64,000 nucleotides of DNA, taken from positions 2,752,001 to 2,816,000 of the forward strand of contig OZ244065.1 in assembly GCA_965215505.1 (NCBI GenBank), given 5' to 3'. The first letter of the stretch is position 1. Each line of letters begins with the position of its first letter. This document shows, piece after piece, positions 28,291 through 37,209 of this stretch. The notes under the pieces are model-generated. The model ran no database searches. It was not told the origin of the DNA and saw only the letters and a list, made by a program, of their open reading frames with translations. Source of the DNA: Capsulimonadaceae bacterium. GTDB taxonomy: Bacteria; Armatimonadota; Armatimonadia; Armatimonadales; Capsulimonadaceae. A program made the position numbers and the translations under genes.

Positions 28291-28932
28291 TTGGTCCTCA
28301 TCGCCCCGCCCCCGCCGCTGCGCCCGCCCGTCCCGCTCTTCCAAGACCTCCCCGCCGGCACGAGCCTGGTCCGCCTCTTCCTGCCGGCCCCGCACCACAC
28401 CGGGCCGCTCACCTTCCGCGCCTTCGGCCCGCTCCGGCGCTTCGACCACCACGAGGGCATCCCGCGCGGCCGGGGCCGTCAGGCGGCCCTCTCCCCCATC
28501 CGCCGCGTCTACTATGCCGCGCCCACGCTGTCCTGCTGCATCGCCGAGGTCTTCGGCGACACCGGCCTGGTCGAGCCGGGCGAGTGGCACGTCGCCCTCC
28601 CGCTCCTGACCCGCCCCCTGCACCTCCTGGACCTTCGCGGGCCGGGTGCCCTGCGCGCCGGGTCGGTCACGGCGCTGACCCAAATGCCCGACCACCGGCT
28701 GGGCCAAGCCTGGTCCCGCCACTTCTACGCCGACACCGCCTACGGCCTCCCCGACGGCCTCCTCTACGCGGGCGCGCACAACGGCGAAGATGCCATCCTC
28801 CTCTACGAGCGCGCCGAAGCCGCCCTCTCCTGCGCCCCCGGCGACGTACTCCGCCTGGACGACCCCGCCCTGCGCCCCGCACTCCTGGACATCGCGCTGG
28901 CTAATAACCTCATCCTCGCCCTGCCGCCCTGA
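28291..28932 (+). CDS. RES-domain toxin
   Basis: RFD, VYYAA, IAEVF, LLDL, DGLLY, LYER motifs. Confidence 0.8.
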   Translation: MVLIAPPPPLRPPVPLFQDLPAGTSLVRLFLPAPHHTGPLTFRAFGPLRRFDHHEGIPRGRGRQAALSPIRRVYYAAPTLSCCIAEVFGDTGLVEPGEWHVALPLLTRPLHLLDLRGPGALRAGSVTALTQMPDHRLGQAWSRHFYADTAYGLPDGLLYAGAHNGEDAILLYERAEAALSCAPGDVLRLDDPALRPALLDIALANNLILALPP

Positions 28933-28963
28933 TGCACCGGAATACGGCTGAACCCGCGAGCGC

Positions 28964-28992
28964 TTGACAGAACGGCCCCCGCCCGCTACAAT
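28964..28992 (+). promoter_or_regulatory. Sigma70 promoter of a probable leaderless gene
   Basis: TTGACA-17 nt-TACAAT, ATG 7 nt downstream. Confidence 0.7.
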
Positions 28993-28999
28993 CAGAAGC

Positions 29000-29677
29000 A
29001 TGAACACCCGTTTTGGAACCGCCGCCATCATGATGCTGGTTCTCGCCTCAGCCTTCACCGGCTGTGCCGCCCAGCACGCTCCAAGTGCCAGCCGGGTGAA
29101 ACAGCAGCAAACGCCGCTGGCGATTACAAACGTTGAGAACGGGCGGAAATACTCTGGCGCCTTGCCGCTCCAGGTGCGTCTGGCAAGCAACCGTCACGAG
29201 TATGGTGACATCAAGCTGCTAATTGACGGGGCTGAGGTCGGCGAGGCCGGAGACAATATACAGCCGTCAGCAGACGGCTTTACGACCATAATCCCAGTCG
29301 AAACCGACACCTACTCGAATGGCTGGCATGACATGACGGTGCAGTCAGATGACCAGCCGCAGACCCGATACCGTGTGAAGTTCTGGAACAACGTTTCGGA
29401 GTTTAGCATAACGGATGCGGTCGCCGCCCCCGGCGGGCGCATCCGCGCGAAGAGCGTTACGGGTGGACCCTGGACAGTAAAACTCTGGGCGGTACTTGCA
29501 GCGACGGACACACATGACCCATTAGTTCGAGTTTTTCGTGGGCAAGGCAAAACAATCGACGTCCTCTGGGACTGTAAGGACTCCCAGGGGAAGACTGTTC
29601 CCGAGGACGGTTATGCAATAACCCTGGTGACGGGGAAGACACCGCCCTTGAGGTCATTCATCAACAAGATGTACTAG
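29000..29677 (+). CDS. Lipoprotein with Ig-like and FlgD-like domains
   Basis: Lipobox AFTGC; YSNGWH and WDCKDSQGKTVPEDGY motifs; lower GC. Confidence 0.7.
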   Translation: MNTRFGTAAIMMLVLASAFTGCAAQHAPSASRVKQQQTPLAITNVENGRKYSGALPLQVRLASNRHEYGDIKLLIDGAEVGEAGDNIQPSADGFTTIIPVETDTYSNGWHDMTVQSDDQPQTRYRVKFWNNVSEFSITDAVAAPGGRIRAKSVTGGPWTVKLWAVLAATDTHDPLVRVFRGQGKTIDVLWDCKDSQGKTVPEDGYAITLVTGKTPPLRSFINKMY

Positions 29678-29872
29678 AGGCTGCTCTCGCCAGTCGTCCT
29701 GGGGCCGGCCTGGTTCTTCGGAAGTGGAAGCATCTGAGGCAGAGAGTTCGCTCGCAGGCACAGGCTCGATGACGAGTAAAACCTCCACGTCAGTGTCCGA
29801 TAGCGGCGTCGGCACTTTTACCCTGAGAACCCTACCCAGGCCCATGTAAGCCTTCGTCTTAATACTGATTAT
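29654..29872 (-). pseudogene. Degenerate small antitoxin-like ORF
   Basis: Frame reads ISIKTKAYMGLGRVLRVKVPTPLSDTDVEVLLVIEPV; the expected start codon is ATA, overlapping the upstream stop. Confidence 0.4.
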
Positions 29873-30864
29873 GCCGTGGCCTCCCGGTTCTCATACAGCA
29901 GGCACCGCACCGTCCGCCCGTTCTCCAGCAGTGTGTTCGCCGGAACCACCGTCGGGCACGGCTCGAAGCGCTTGGGGCAGCGGGGGGCGAAGGGGCAGCC
30001 GGGCGGGATCGCCGTCAGCGGGGGCGGCTGGCCTGGCAGGGTCGGCAGCGGGGCCTCCGTCCGGGGCCGCCGCCAGTCCGGCAGAGAAGCAAGAAGCGAC
30101 TGCGTGTAGGGGTGCTTGGGGGAGGTGAACAGGTCGGAGGCCGCCGCGTACTCGACGATCTGGCCCGCGTACATGACCGCCACGTCGTCGCAGCGTTCGC
30201 GGACGACGCCCAGGTCGTGCGTGATCAGGACGATGGCCGTGCCGAGTTCGGCCTTCAGTTCGTCCATCAGATCCAAGATCTGCGCCTGCACCGTAACATC
30301 AAGGGCGGTCGTCGGCTCGTCGGCCAGCAGGACCTCGGGGCGGCAGGAGAAGGCGATGGCGATCATGACGCGCTGCCGCATCCCCCCCGAAAGCTCGTGC
30401 GGGTACTGACGCATCCTCCGGTCCGGCAGGGCGACCCGGACGCGCGTCAGCCAGTCCAACGCCTGCGCCCGCGCCTCGGCCCGCGACACCTTCTGGTGGG
30501 CCAGTATCGTCTCGACGATCTGCTCGCCGACGGTCAGGGTCGGGTTCAGGGCGGTCATCGGGTCCTGGAAGACCATCGCGATCCGCGCCCCGCGCACGTC
30601 CCGCATTTGCCGCTCCCCCAGCCCCAGCAGGTCCGCGCCGTCCAGGCTGATCCGGCCCGCGACGATCCGGCCCGGCGCGGCGATCAGGCGCAGGATCGAG
30701 AGGGCGGTCACGCTTTTGCCCGACCCGCTCTCCCCCACGATGCCCAACGTCTCGCCCTTGCGGACGGCGAACGAGACGCCGCGCACGGCCCGCGCGACCG
30801 GCCCGCGCCCCTCCCGCCCGAACACGGTTTCGAGGTCGTCTACTTGCAATAGTGCATCAGGCAT
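29869..30864 (-). CDS. Oligopeptide/dipeptide ABC transporter ATP-binding protein (OppD/DppD type)
   Basis: GESGSGKS, FQDP, YPHELSGGMRQR, DEPTTALD, HPYT, GCPFAPRC. Confidence 0.95.
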   Translation of the reverse strand: MPDALLQVDDLETVFGREGRGPVARAVRGVSFAVRKGETLGIVGESGSGKSVTALSILRLIAAPGRIVAGRISLDGADLLGLGERQMRDVRGARIAMVFQDPMTALNPTLTVGEQIVETILAHQKVSRAEARAQALDWLTRVRVALPDRRMRQYPHELSGGMRQRVMIAIAFSCRPEVLLADEPTTALDVTVQAQILDLMDELKAELGTAIVLITHDLGVVRERCDDVAVMYAGQIVEYAAASDLFTSPKHPYTQSLLASLPDWRRPRTEAPLPTLPGQPPPLTAIPPGCPFAPRCPKRFEPCPTVVPANTLLENGRTVRCLLYENREATA

Positions 30865-31717
30865 GACTTTCCACCTTATCTCCCCGTTCTCCCAGCACCG
30901 GTCCGCCCAACACCGGTCCGCCTAACACGGCGTCGTCACAGCGGCAGGGCGAGACACCGCAGTGCGTAATCGCTGGATCGCGCCGGATGGCCTCCGAAGC
31001 GACTTCGAGGGCGTCCGCCGCCGGGAACACCTGCCAGCGGCTGTCACCGACACGCGCCTCCCGCCTCAGCGGGGAGAGCGGAGCCTCCAGAGTGTGGAAG
31101 CCGTCGGAGCATCCGCCGGTTTCTACCATCACGACCTGCCCCTCCGGGCCGTTCGCCCAGCGCCGGAACAGGACGCGCCCTGCCCGCTGCTCCGCGAGGT
31201 GGAGCAGGGTCATCGCTTCCAGGCCGACGCCCATGAGCAGCACAAAGCCATCCCTCTCGGCCAGCGCCCGGAGTGGGGCGTTTACGTCCAGCGGTGCCTG
31301 CCCCGCGATTAACTCGTGGGCCAGAGGCCCGATTGCCGCGAAGGAGCAGAGCGGGTGGTCGCCGCGAACGCGCTCCGGCATCCGCAGGACGGCGGCGGGG
31401 ATGGCCCCCATGTCCTCCTCGGCGACCTCCGTCATGTCGCGGGAGTAGAGGACGCTCGTGTCCTCCTCCGGGGCCACAGAGGAGTAGTTCCGCCCGTTGC
31501 GGGCGGGGCGCAGGTGGGGCGGCGGGGAGACCTCGAATTCGGTGAACGTCGGGACGAGCAGGGTACACCCCTCCGCCAAGATAGCGTCCACGACGGCCTG
31601 CGCCTCGCCCTCGACCCAGCCGAACGAGCGCAGCGACGAGTGGACGCAGAAGCACTGCCCCGACAAGCCGAGAGAGCGCAGGGCGTGTTGAATATCGGCG
31701 CTTATCACGGATGTCAC
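30857..31717 (-). CDS. AAC(3)-family N-acetyltransferase
   Basis: VHSSLRSFGWVEG, LLVPTFT, RGDHP..SFAA, LLMGV, TLLHLAE; GTG start overlaps upstream stop. Confidence 0.85.
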   Translation of the reverse strand: MTSVISADIQHALRSLGLSGQCFCVHSSLRSFGWVEGEAQAVVDAILAEGCTLLVPTFTEFEVSPPPHLRPARNGRNYSSVAPEEDTSVLYSRDMTEVAEEDMGAIPAAVLRMPERVRGDHPLCSFAAIGPLAHELIAGQAPLDVNAPLRALAERDGFVLLMGVGLEAMTLLHLAEQRAGRVLFRRWANGPEGQVVMVETGGCSDGFHTLEAPLSPLRREARVGDSRWQVFPAADALEVASEAIRRDPAITHCGVSPCRCDDAVLGGPVLGGPVLGERGDKVESHA

Positions 31718-32727
31718 AGCTCTAACGGCTTTCGGTAGCGGAAGTGGCGCGCGATCACACGGAACCCGAAGTGCAGGTACATCGCCAGCGGGCCGGACGG
31801 CGGCTCGTCCGGGTCTGTTCCCGCCGACGTGAAGACGCGCACCGTGGTCAGGCCCGCATCCCGCATGGCATGGAGGCAGTGGAACATCAAAGCCCGTGAC
31901 AGCCCCTTCTGGCGGTAGGCGGGGACGACGGCGACATTGGCGACATCGCCGCAGACGCCCAGGCTCCGGCACAGGTACAATCCAGCCACTTCGCCGCCAT
32001 GCCAGGCAATGCGGCTGATCTCGGGGTCGCAGGAGGCCGCGAACCTCGTCCACTCGGCTTCCTCCGCCTTGAGCCGCGCTCCCAGCGACTCGGGTGGCGC
32101 ATTCGCCTCGATCAGCGCCCGCGCCACAGCCCCATGGTGTTCCGGCTCCAGCGGGCGTATCTGGAAGCCTTCCGGCGTCACAGCAGGCGGCAGTGCCGTC
32201 AGGTCCTCATAAGCCAGTTCCGGCGACAGGAAGAACAGCCGGTAGCCCTCATGCTCCAAGAGCCGCCGGGCGTCCGCCTCACCCTCGCTGGCATTCACGG
32301 CCAGTCCGCCGCGCGGGCCGCCTTCGTTCAAGGCGCGTGCGCGCCCGTCGCCCCAGTGCAGCAGCGCCGTCCCGATGCCTCTGCCGCGCCACGCGGGGAG
32401 TACCCAGGCGCGCGTCAGATACACCCGCGCCTCCGTGCCGTCGTCATAGGAGCTCCACCATTCCAGACGGCCATGCGCGATGACCTGTCCCGCGACTTCT
32501 GCCAGCAGCACGTTCCCCTGCGTGCCGTCGGCAAAGGACAGCGCGACATCCTGTGCGTACTCATCCGGCAAAAGGTTAGGGAGCCGGTAGCAGACTGAGT
32601 AGGGATCTGTCTTGTCCGCCGCCCGGCAACCGTCATGCACCGCCAGCATCGGGGCGAGGTCGGATTGCCCCCGATAGTGGCGGAACGTCAGGCCGGGAAT
32701 ATTAGGAGCATCAGGCAGGTGAACCAT
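31714..32727 (-). CDS. Tandem-domain GNAT acetyltransferase
   Basis: VLPAWRGRGIGTALL and VVPAYRQKGLSRALM acetyl-CoA motifs. Confidence 0.88.
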   Translation of the reverse strand: MVHLPDAPNIPGLTFRHYRGQSDLAPMLAVHDGCRAADKTDPYSVCYRLPNLLPDEYAQDVALSFADGTQGNVLLAEVAGQVIAHGRLEWWSSYDDGTEARVYLTRAWVLPAWRGRGIGTALLHWGDGRARALNEGGPRGGLAVNASEGEADARRLLEHEGYRLFFLSPELAYEDLTALPPAVTPEGFQIRPLEPEHHGAVARALIEANAPPESLGARLKAEEAEWTRFAASCDPEISRIAWHGGEVAGLYLCRSLGVCGDVANVAVVPAYRQKGLSRALMFHCLHAMRDAGLTTVRVFTSAGTDPDEPPSGPLAMYLHFGFRVIARHFRYRKPLEL

Positions 32728-32729
32728 AG

Positions 32730-33401
32730 TTAGACCGCCTCTATCCCAACCCGCGCCAGGAGACGCTTCGGGTTCTCGTACAGCGCCGCGCTGGCCTCAT
32801 CGGGCGTCAGCCCCGCGCCCAGCGCGACCGTCCGCGCGAAGGCTTCCGTGTGCAGGTCGCCCGGCGAGTGCGTGTCCGAGTTGACCAGCAGCTTCGCCCC
32901 CGCCGCCCGGCCCAGAACGACCGTGTTGCCATTTCCCAGGCAGTGGCCCCGGCGCGAGGTGATCTCCAGAAACACGTCGTTCCGCGCGGCCAGCGCGGCT
33001 TCCTCCTCGGTCAGCAGGCCCGGATGCCCCAGCACGTCCACATCGGGGCATTCGACGCTCGCCCGGTTCGTCCCCGGCGGCACCGGCTCCACCAGCGTTT
33101 CGCCGTGGATGACCACGATGCGCGCCCCCGCCGCCTTCGCCCGCGCGGCCAGGGCGGCGATGGAGCGGGGCGGGCAGTGCGTCAGCTCGACGCCCGGCAG
33201 GACGCGGAACCCCCACTGTTCCCACGCCAGGTCGCAGTCGCGCGTCACCTTCTCGACCAGTTCTTCGATGTTAGAAGCCGAGGCGTGGTCGGTGATCGCC
33301 ATCGCCGAATAGCCGTTGACGTGTGCCCGCCGGATCAGCTCCATCGGCAGCAGGGCACCGTCGGAGAAGAACGAGTGCGTGTGGAAGTCATACAGAGGCA
33401 T
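32730..33401 (-). CDS. PHP-domain phosphoesterase (histidinol-phosphatase-like)
   Basis: DFHTHS..SDG, AITDH, GVELTH, GHPG, NSDTH; AAGGA RBS. Confidence 0.85.
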   Translation of the reverse strand: MPLYDFHTHSFFSDGALLPMELIRRAHVNGYSAMAITDHASASNIEELVEKVTRDCDLAWEQWGFRVLPGVELTHCPPRSIAALAARAKAAGARIVVIHGETLVEPVPPGTNRASVECPDVDVLGHPGLLTEEEAALAARNDVFLEITSRRGHCLGNGNTVVLGRAAGAKLLVNSDTHSPGDLHTEAFARTVALGAGLTPDEASAALYENPKRLLARVGIEAV

Positions 33402-33553
33402 GGGTGGTCCTTGCGTTACGATAGGCACCGGGGCCGGTTAAGAACGAGACGGGGACGAGTAAAGAACCCCGGCCTTAAGGCCGGGGCCTTAACAAGATCT
33501 ATAAACGAGAAGTTCCCGTCTTAATGTACGCCCGCCGGGGGGGGGGGCTGGCC

Positions 33554-34143
33554 CTACCCGCGTGGCTTCCTCGGCTTGGGTGGGCGCTGGCCCTGAGCGC
33601 CTGGGCGGCCCTGGTTGCGGATGTAGGCGCGCACCACCGCCTCCGCCGCCTGGCCGACGCTCTCGGCGAAGTAGCCGTCGCTCCAGAAGCGCTCGCCCCA
33701 CAGGGCACAAAGGACAGGAACTCCTCCAGCTCCGGGAACTCCGCCCGCAAAACACGCGAGGTCCCGCCCTTCAGGGACTGCATGACCGTCATCACGCTGT
33801 CGGTGGGCGCGATCTGGAGCAGCACATGGACCTGGAGCAGCACATGGACCTGGAGCAGCACATGGACCTGGAGCAGCACATGGACGTGGTCGGGCTGCAC
33901 GCTGATCTCGTGCAGGCCCCAGGTCTTGACCGTCTTGACCTCACAGGCCTGGCGCAGCAGCGCCTCTAGGCGGGCCGCGACCGGCCCCTGGAGGACGCGC
34001 TTGCGGTACTTGGTCTTCTGAGACTTGGGCACCCAGACCAGGTGGAAGCGGAGCCGGTGCAGGGTGTGGGCACCGGACCAGTAGCCAGCGGCGCGGGTGG
34101 CAGGGGCCGGCCCGGTGGGGCGCGCGGCGGTACGTTTACGCAT
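33554..34143 (-). pseudogene. tnpA: IS200-type Y1 transposase, frameshifted
   Basis: HLVWVPK.YRK, DHVH (HUH), LKGGTSR; after a 14-bp insertion the shifted frame reads WGERFWSDGYFAESVG...YIRNQ. Confidence 0.88.
33814..33885. repeat. 18-bp tandem repeat x4 in tnpA
   Basis: CTGGAGCAGCACATGGAC four times. Confidence 0.95.
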
Positions 34144-34296
34144 GGCCCCATTAGAGCAGGGGAGTGTGCCTTGTCCCTGGACAAATCAGCGCGAGAGTCA
34201 ACCGGGCGCTCGTTCCGGGCGGGCGTTTCCTCTCCGGCCTGAAGGCCGGGGCTTCCACGCCGGGGGGCGGGAGGCTCTGTCTCACACGCAGGCATC

Positions 34297-34431
34297 GTGA
34301 GTGAAGTCACTCGCTGACGCAGGATTTGTCCAGGGGACAAGGGAGCGGCAGAAGCCACCACGATTTCCGGTCCTTCCCCTCCTCTGTCCCCTGGACAGGT
34401 CCTAATCAGCGAGTGACTTCAGTCACTCGTC
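34297..34431. repeat. MITE-like element (family D, second copy)
   Basis: Same nested hairpins (GAGTGA..TCACTCG; TGTCC..GGACA) as 3035-3195. Confidence 0.75.
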
Positions 34432-34458
34432 TTTCTCGTTTTTCTACCTACCCTTGTG

Positions 34459-35238
34459 TCACAAGTCTGTCACAGTGTCACAGGTGGGTGTGACAGAAGG
34501 CGGCTTGACGCTCTTGACGAGAAGGCAGTTCGGGAACCGCGCCAGTGACGCCAGGCCCGGCTCCTGCCGCAAAGCCTCTTCCGAGGCGACCGGCTCCACG
34601 ATCTGCGCCACGGCCAGCCCCGCCCCGACCAGCCCGTTCACCAGAGTCGCCATCGTCCGGTGGTACTTGGCGACGCCGTCCACGAACCAGTGGAGCCGCC
34701 GCTCGCCCTCGTCCCCATAGTCGTCTATGGGCCAGTAGAGCCGGTTCCCCGCCACGTCGCGCACCCAGTTCTGCTCCCCCGCCTTCCGCGCCGTCGTCAT
34801 CGGGTGTTCCGTGGAATAAACAAACGCGCCGCCCGGCCTCAGCCACTGGGAGACGCTGCCGGCAAGCGCATCGTAGTCCTGAACATAATGCACCGCGAAC
34901 GAGCTGACCACGACATCAAACGTCGCGGGCGCGAACGACAGGTCTTCAATCGCTGCCCGCACATACTCGATGGCCGGGTGCGCGTTCCGCTCCCGCGCCA
35001 CCGCCAGCATCTTTTCCGAGATGTCCGCCCCGACCACGCGCGCCGCTCCCTGGCTAGCGCAGTAGAGGCTCAGGTCACCCGCCCCGCAGCCCATGTCCAG
35101 CACAGCCGCCCCCGCCAGCGGCGGCAGGAGGGCGCGCAGGGTCGGCTGCTCCACCAAGTCGTTGAGGTTGCCGGGGCTGGCCCTCAGTTCGGCGTAGCCC
35201 TGAAAGAACGCCTCATCATCGTAGATGTTCTGTCTCAC
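34459..35238 (-). CDS. Class I SAM-dependent methyltransferase
   Basis: QNIYDD..FF, VLDMGCGAG, GADISEKML, LRPGG; GTGA overlap with upstream stop. Confidence 0.9.
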   Translation of the reverse strand: MRQNIYDDEAFFQGYAELRASPGNLNDLVEQPTLRALLPPLAGAAVLDMGCGAGDLSLYCASQGAARVVGADISEKMLAVARERNAHPAIEYVRAAIEDLSFAPATFDVVVSSFAVHYVQDYDALAGSVSQWLRPGGAFVYSTEHPMTTARKAGEQNWVRDVAGNRLYWPIDDYGDEGERRLHWFVDGVAKYHRTMATLVNGLVGAGLAVAQIVEPVASEEALRQEPGLASLARFPNCLLVKSVKPPSVTPTCDTVTDL

Positions 35239-35597
35239 GCGCTCGCCCCCGGCAAGGGAAAATCGCATTGGCCATCCATACCAAGCGCGCGCAGGCTCGA
35301 AAGGATAGCCGGGTCCGTGCCGCTGTACCGAAGCGTGGCAACGCAATTGACGGACATTGCCCGGAAAGCCCGATTCAATTCTTCCGGCGTCTCTGGCTGT
35401 TTCTTGAAGAAGCAGCCAAAGTCATATTGGCCTTCGCCGTCATCGCGAAAGCCGATCAAGTCCGGCGCTTCCTCTTCCGGCAGGCAGCAGGTAAGACATT
35501 CGCCCGCCACCACATAGAATGGCCCCGGCACATTCATTAAATCAGCTACATACTTCCGGTTCCTGGCGTCGTGTGAAGCCATAGGCAGATCGGTCAT
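35235..35597 (-). CDS. Ferredoxin-like protein
   Basis: NVPGPFYV...CLTCCLPEEEAPD...KQPET...NCV. Confidence 0.65.
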   Translation of the reverse strand: MTDLPMASHDARNRKYVADLMNVPGPFYVVAGECLTCCLPEEEAPDLIGFRDDGEGQYDFGCFFKKQPETPEELNRAFRAMSVNCVATLRYSGTDPAILSSLRALGMDGQCDFPLPGASA

Positions 35598-35942
35598 GAC
35601 TGAGGCACCAGCGGTTCCAATTCCGCCCAAAGCTCCTCGAATACCAGAGGCTGACCGCCCATCCTGCTGATGAACAAGGGCCGTTCCCTGTTCCAGTAGT
35701 ATTTCAGCTTGCGCGGCGAGTAGCGGCGCAGGAGGTCAGGCAGATTGTGGATGTGATCCGCCTGAGCCGCGCCCAGGTCTGCATCTTTCGACCAGCCCGC
35801 TGACCGCGCCTCAACGACGCCCGTCTGAAGGATTCGCAGGATGACCATCTGCGATGTTGTTAGGGCAGGGTTCCAAGTTGGCCTGATGCTCCGCTACGAG
35901 TTCCGGAAAGGTGTCTTCGATGAGCCGCTGGAACTTCCTCAC
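35594..35942 (-). pseudogene. Hypothetical protein with probable +1 frameshift near 35848
   Basis: GAGGGG RBS and GTG at 35942 read VRKFQ...EPCPNNIAD, which continues only in the shifted frame as VILRIL...ADHIHNLP. Confidence 0.5.
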
Positions 35943-35954
35943 GCTGGCCCCCCT

Positions 35955-36905
35955 CTAGTCGAACAAACTGGACACGCTCATGTCCTGGTTGACGCGGTGG
36001 ATCGCCTCCCCGAACATGGCGGCGACCGAGAGCTGGGTGATCTTGGGGCGGCGCTTCTCGGGCGCGAGGGGGATGCTGTCGGTGATGACGACCTCGGCGA
36101 TGGCCGGGTGGTCGTTCAGCCGGTCCACGGCGTCCAGCGTCAGGACCCCATGCGTGGCGCAGATGTGGATCTCGGGCTTGCAGCCGTGCTCCACCAAAGT
36201 CCGGACGCACTCGATGATCGAGCCGCCGGTCGTGATCATGTCTTCCAGGATGATCGGCGTCTTGCCCTTAACGTCGCCGGCGAGGTCCGTGATCTCCGTG
36301 TGCCCGTGCATCTCGTGGTGCTTGTAGCCGACGGCAAGCGGGGCGTTGAGCTGCCGGACCAGCTTGCGGGCCTGCTTGACCCGGCCCTCGTCGGGTGAGA
36401 CGATGACGACGTTTTCGAGCTGCTTCTGCTGGAAGTAGTCCGCGAACATCCCGCGCGCGGTCAGGTGGTCCAGGGGGATGTTGAAGAAGCCCTGGATGGC
36501 GTCCGCGTGCAGGTCCATCGTGATGACCCGGTCCGCGCCCGACGCGGTCAGGACGTCCGCGATGAGCTTGGCCGTGATCGCCTCGCGCGGGCGGTCCTTC
36601 TTCTCCTGCCGGGCGTACCCGAAGTACGGCAGCACGGCCGTGATCCGGTCCGCGCTGGATCGGCGCATGGCGTCAATCAGGATCAGCAGCTCGACCAGGT
36701 TGGTGTCCACGGGCGGACAGGTGGGCTGGATGATGAAGGCATCCGCCCCGCGCACGCTTTCTTTGTACTGCACATACGTCTCGCCGTCGGAGAACCGCTC
36801 GATACGCACGTCGCCGAGCGGCAGGCCCAGCCAGGCGGCGATGTCCCGGCCGAGCTTCGGGTTGCCGGTCCCCGCGAACAGCTTGATTTCGGTCTTTTCT
36901 CTCAC
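35955..36905 (-). CDS. prs: Ribose-phosphate pyrophosphokinase
   Basis: FSDGE, ESVRG, PYFGYARQ, DLHA..IQGFF, VSPDEG, EDMITTGGS, ATHG. Confidence 0.96.
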   Translation of the reverse strand: MREKTEIKLFAGTGNPKLGRDIAAWLGLPLGDVRIERFSDGETYVQYKESVRGADAFIIQPTCPPVDTNLVELLILIDAMRRSSADRITAVLPYFGYARQEKKDRPREAITAKLIADVLTASGADRVITMDLHADAIQGFFNIPLDHLTARGMFADYFQQKQLENVVIVSPDEGRVKQARKLVRQLNAPLAVGYKHHEMHGHTEITDLAGDVKGKTPIILEDMITTGGSIIECVRTLVEHGCKPEIHICATHGVLTLDAVDRLNDHPAIAEVVITDSIPLAPEKRRPKITQLSVAAMFGEAIHRVNQDMSVSSLFD

Positions 36906-37051
36906 ACTGATCCCCTCGCCGCCCGCCGCGTCTTCCGGCAGGTCGGCCTGATTATACCGGACACGGCGGCGGCTTGGCAAGGGGACAGGCGGGATGAGAC
37001 AAGTGGGGGCACGACGGGAGGTGACCAGGCATGACGGGGCCAGGCCATGCG

Positions 37052-37195
37052 CGGACCATGCGTTGAAACGCACGGCTATTCAGCCTGCGGCTAGAAACCC
37101 CGCTTCGCGGGGCTGAGAATGGTTGTTCCTAGTGCCGCGAAGCGGTACTTCGTGGCGTCCGCGCCGTCTAGCCGTGCGTTTCAACGCATGGTCCG
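37052..37195. repeat. Cruciform element with 27-bp perfect inverted repeats (family B)
   Basis: CGGACCATGCGTTGAAACGCACGGCTA and its reverse complement; inner hairpins. Confidence 0.85.
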
Positions 37196-37209
37196 ATGCA
37201 TGGCCCGAT

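Larger units (their letters stand above)
33465..34266. mobile_element. IS200/IS605-family element (tnpA only), degenerate
   Basis: Subterminal hairpins CCCCGGCCTTAAGGCCGGGG (about 33467-33486) and CCGGCCTGAAGGCCGG (about 34234-34249) flank a Y1 transposase; no tnpB. Confidence 0.8.

Noticed and set aside
30857-31717. Acquired aminoglycoside resistance gene
   Set aside because: The AAC(3) fold is widespread; no integron or mobile context, and substrate cannot be inferred
33814-33885. Possible CRISPR array
   Set aside because: Head-to-tail 18-bp repeats with no spacers, inside a transposase; no cas genes
34145-34270. tnpB/omegaRNA locus
   Set aside because: No TnpB/IscB ORF or recognisable remnant between tnpA and the end hairpin
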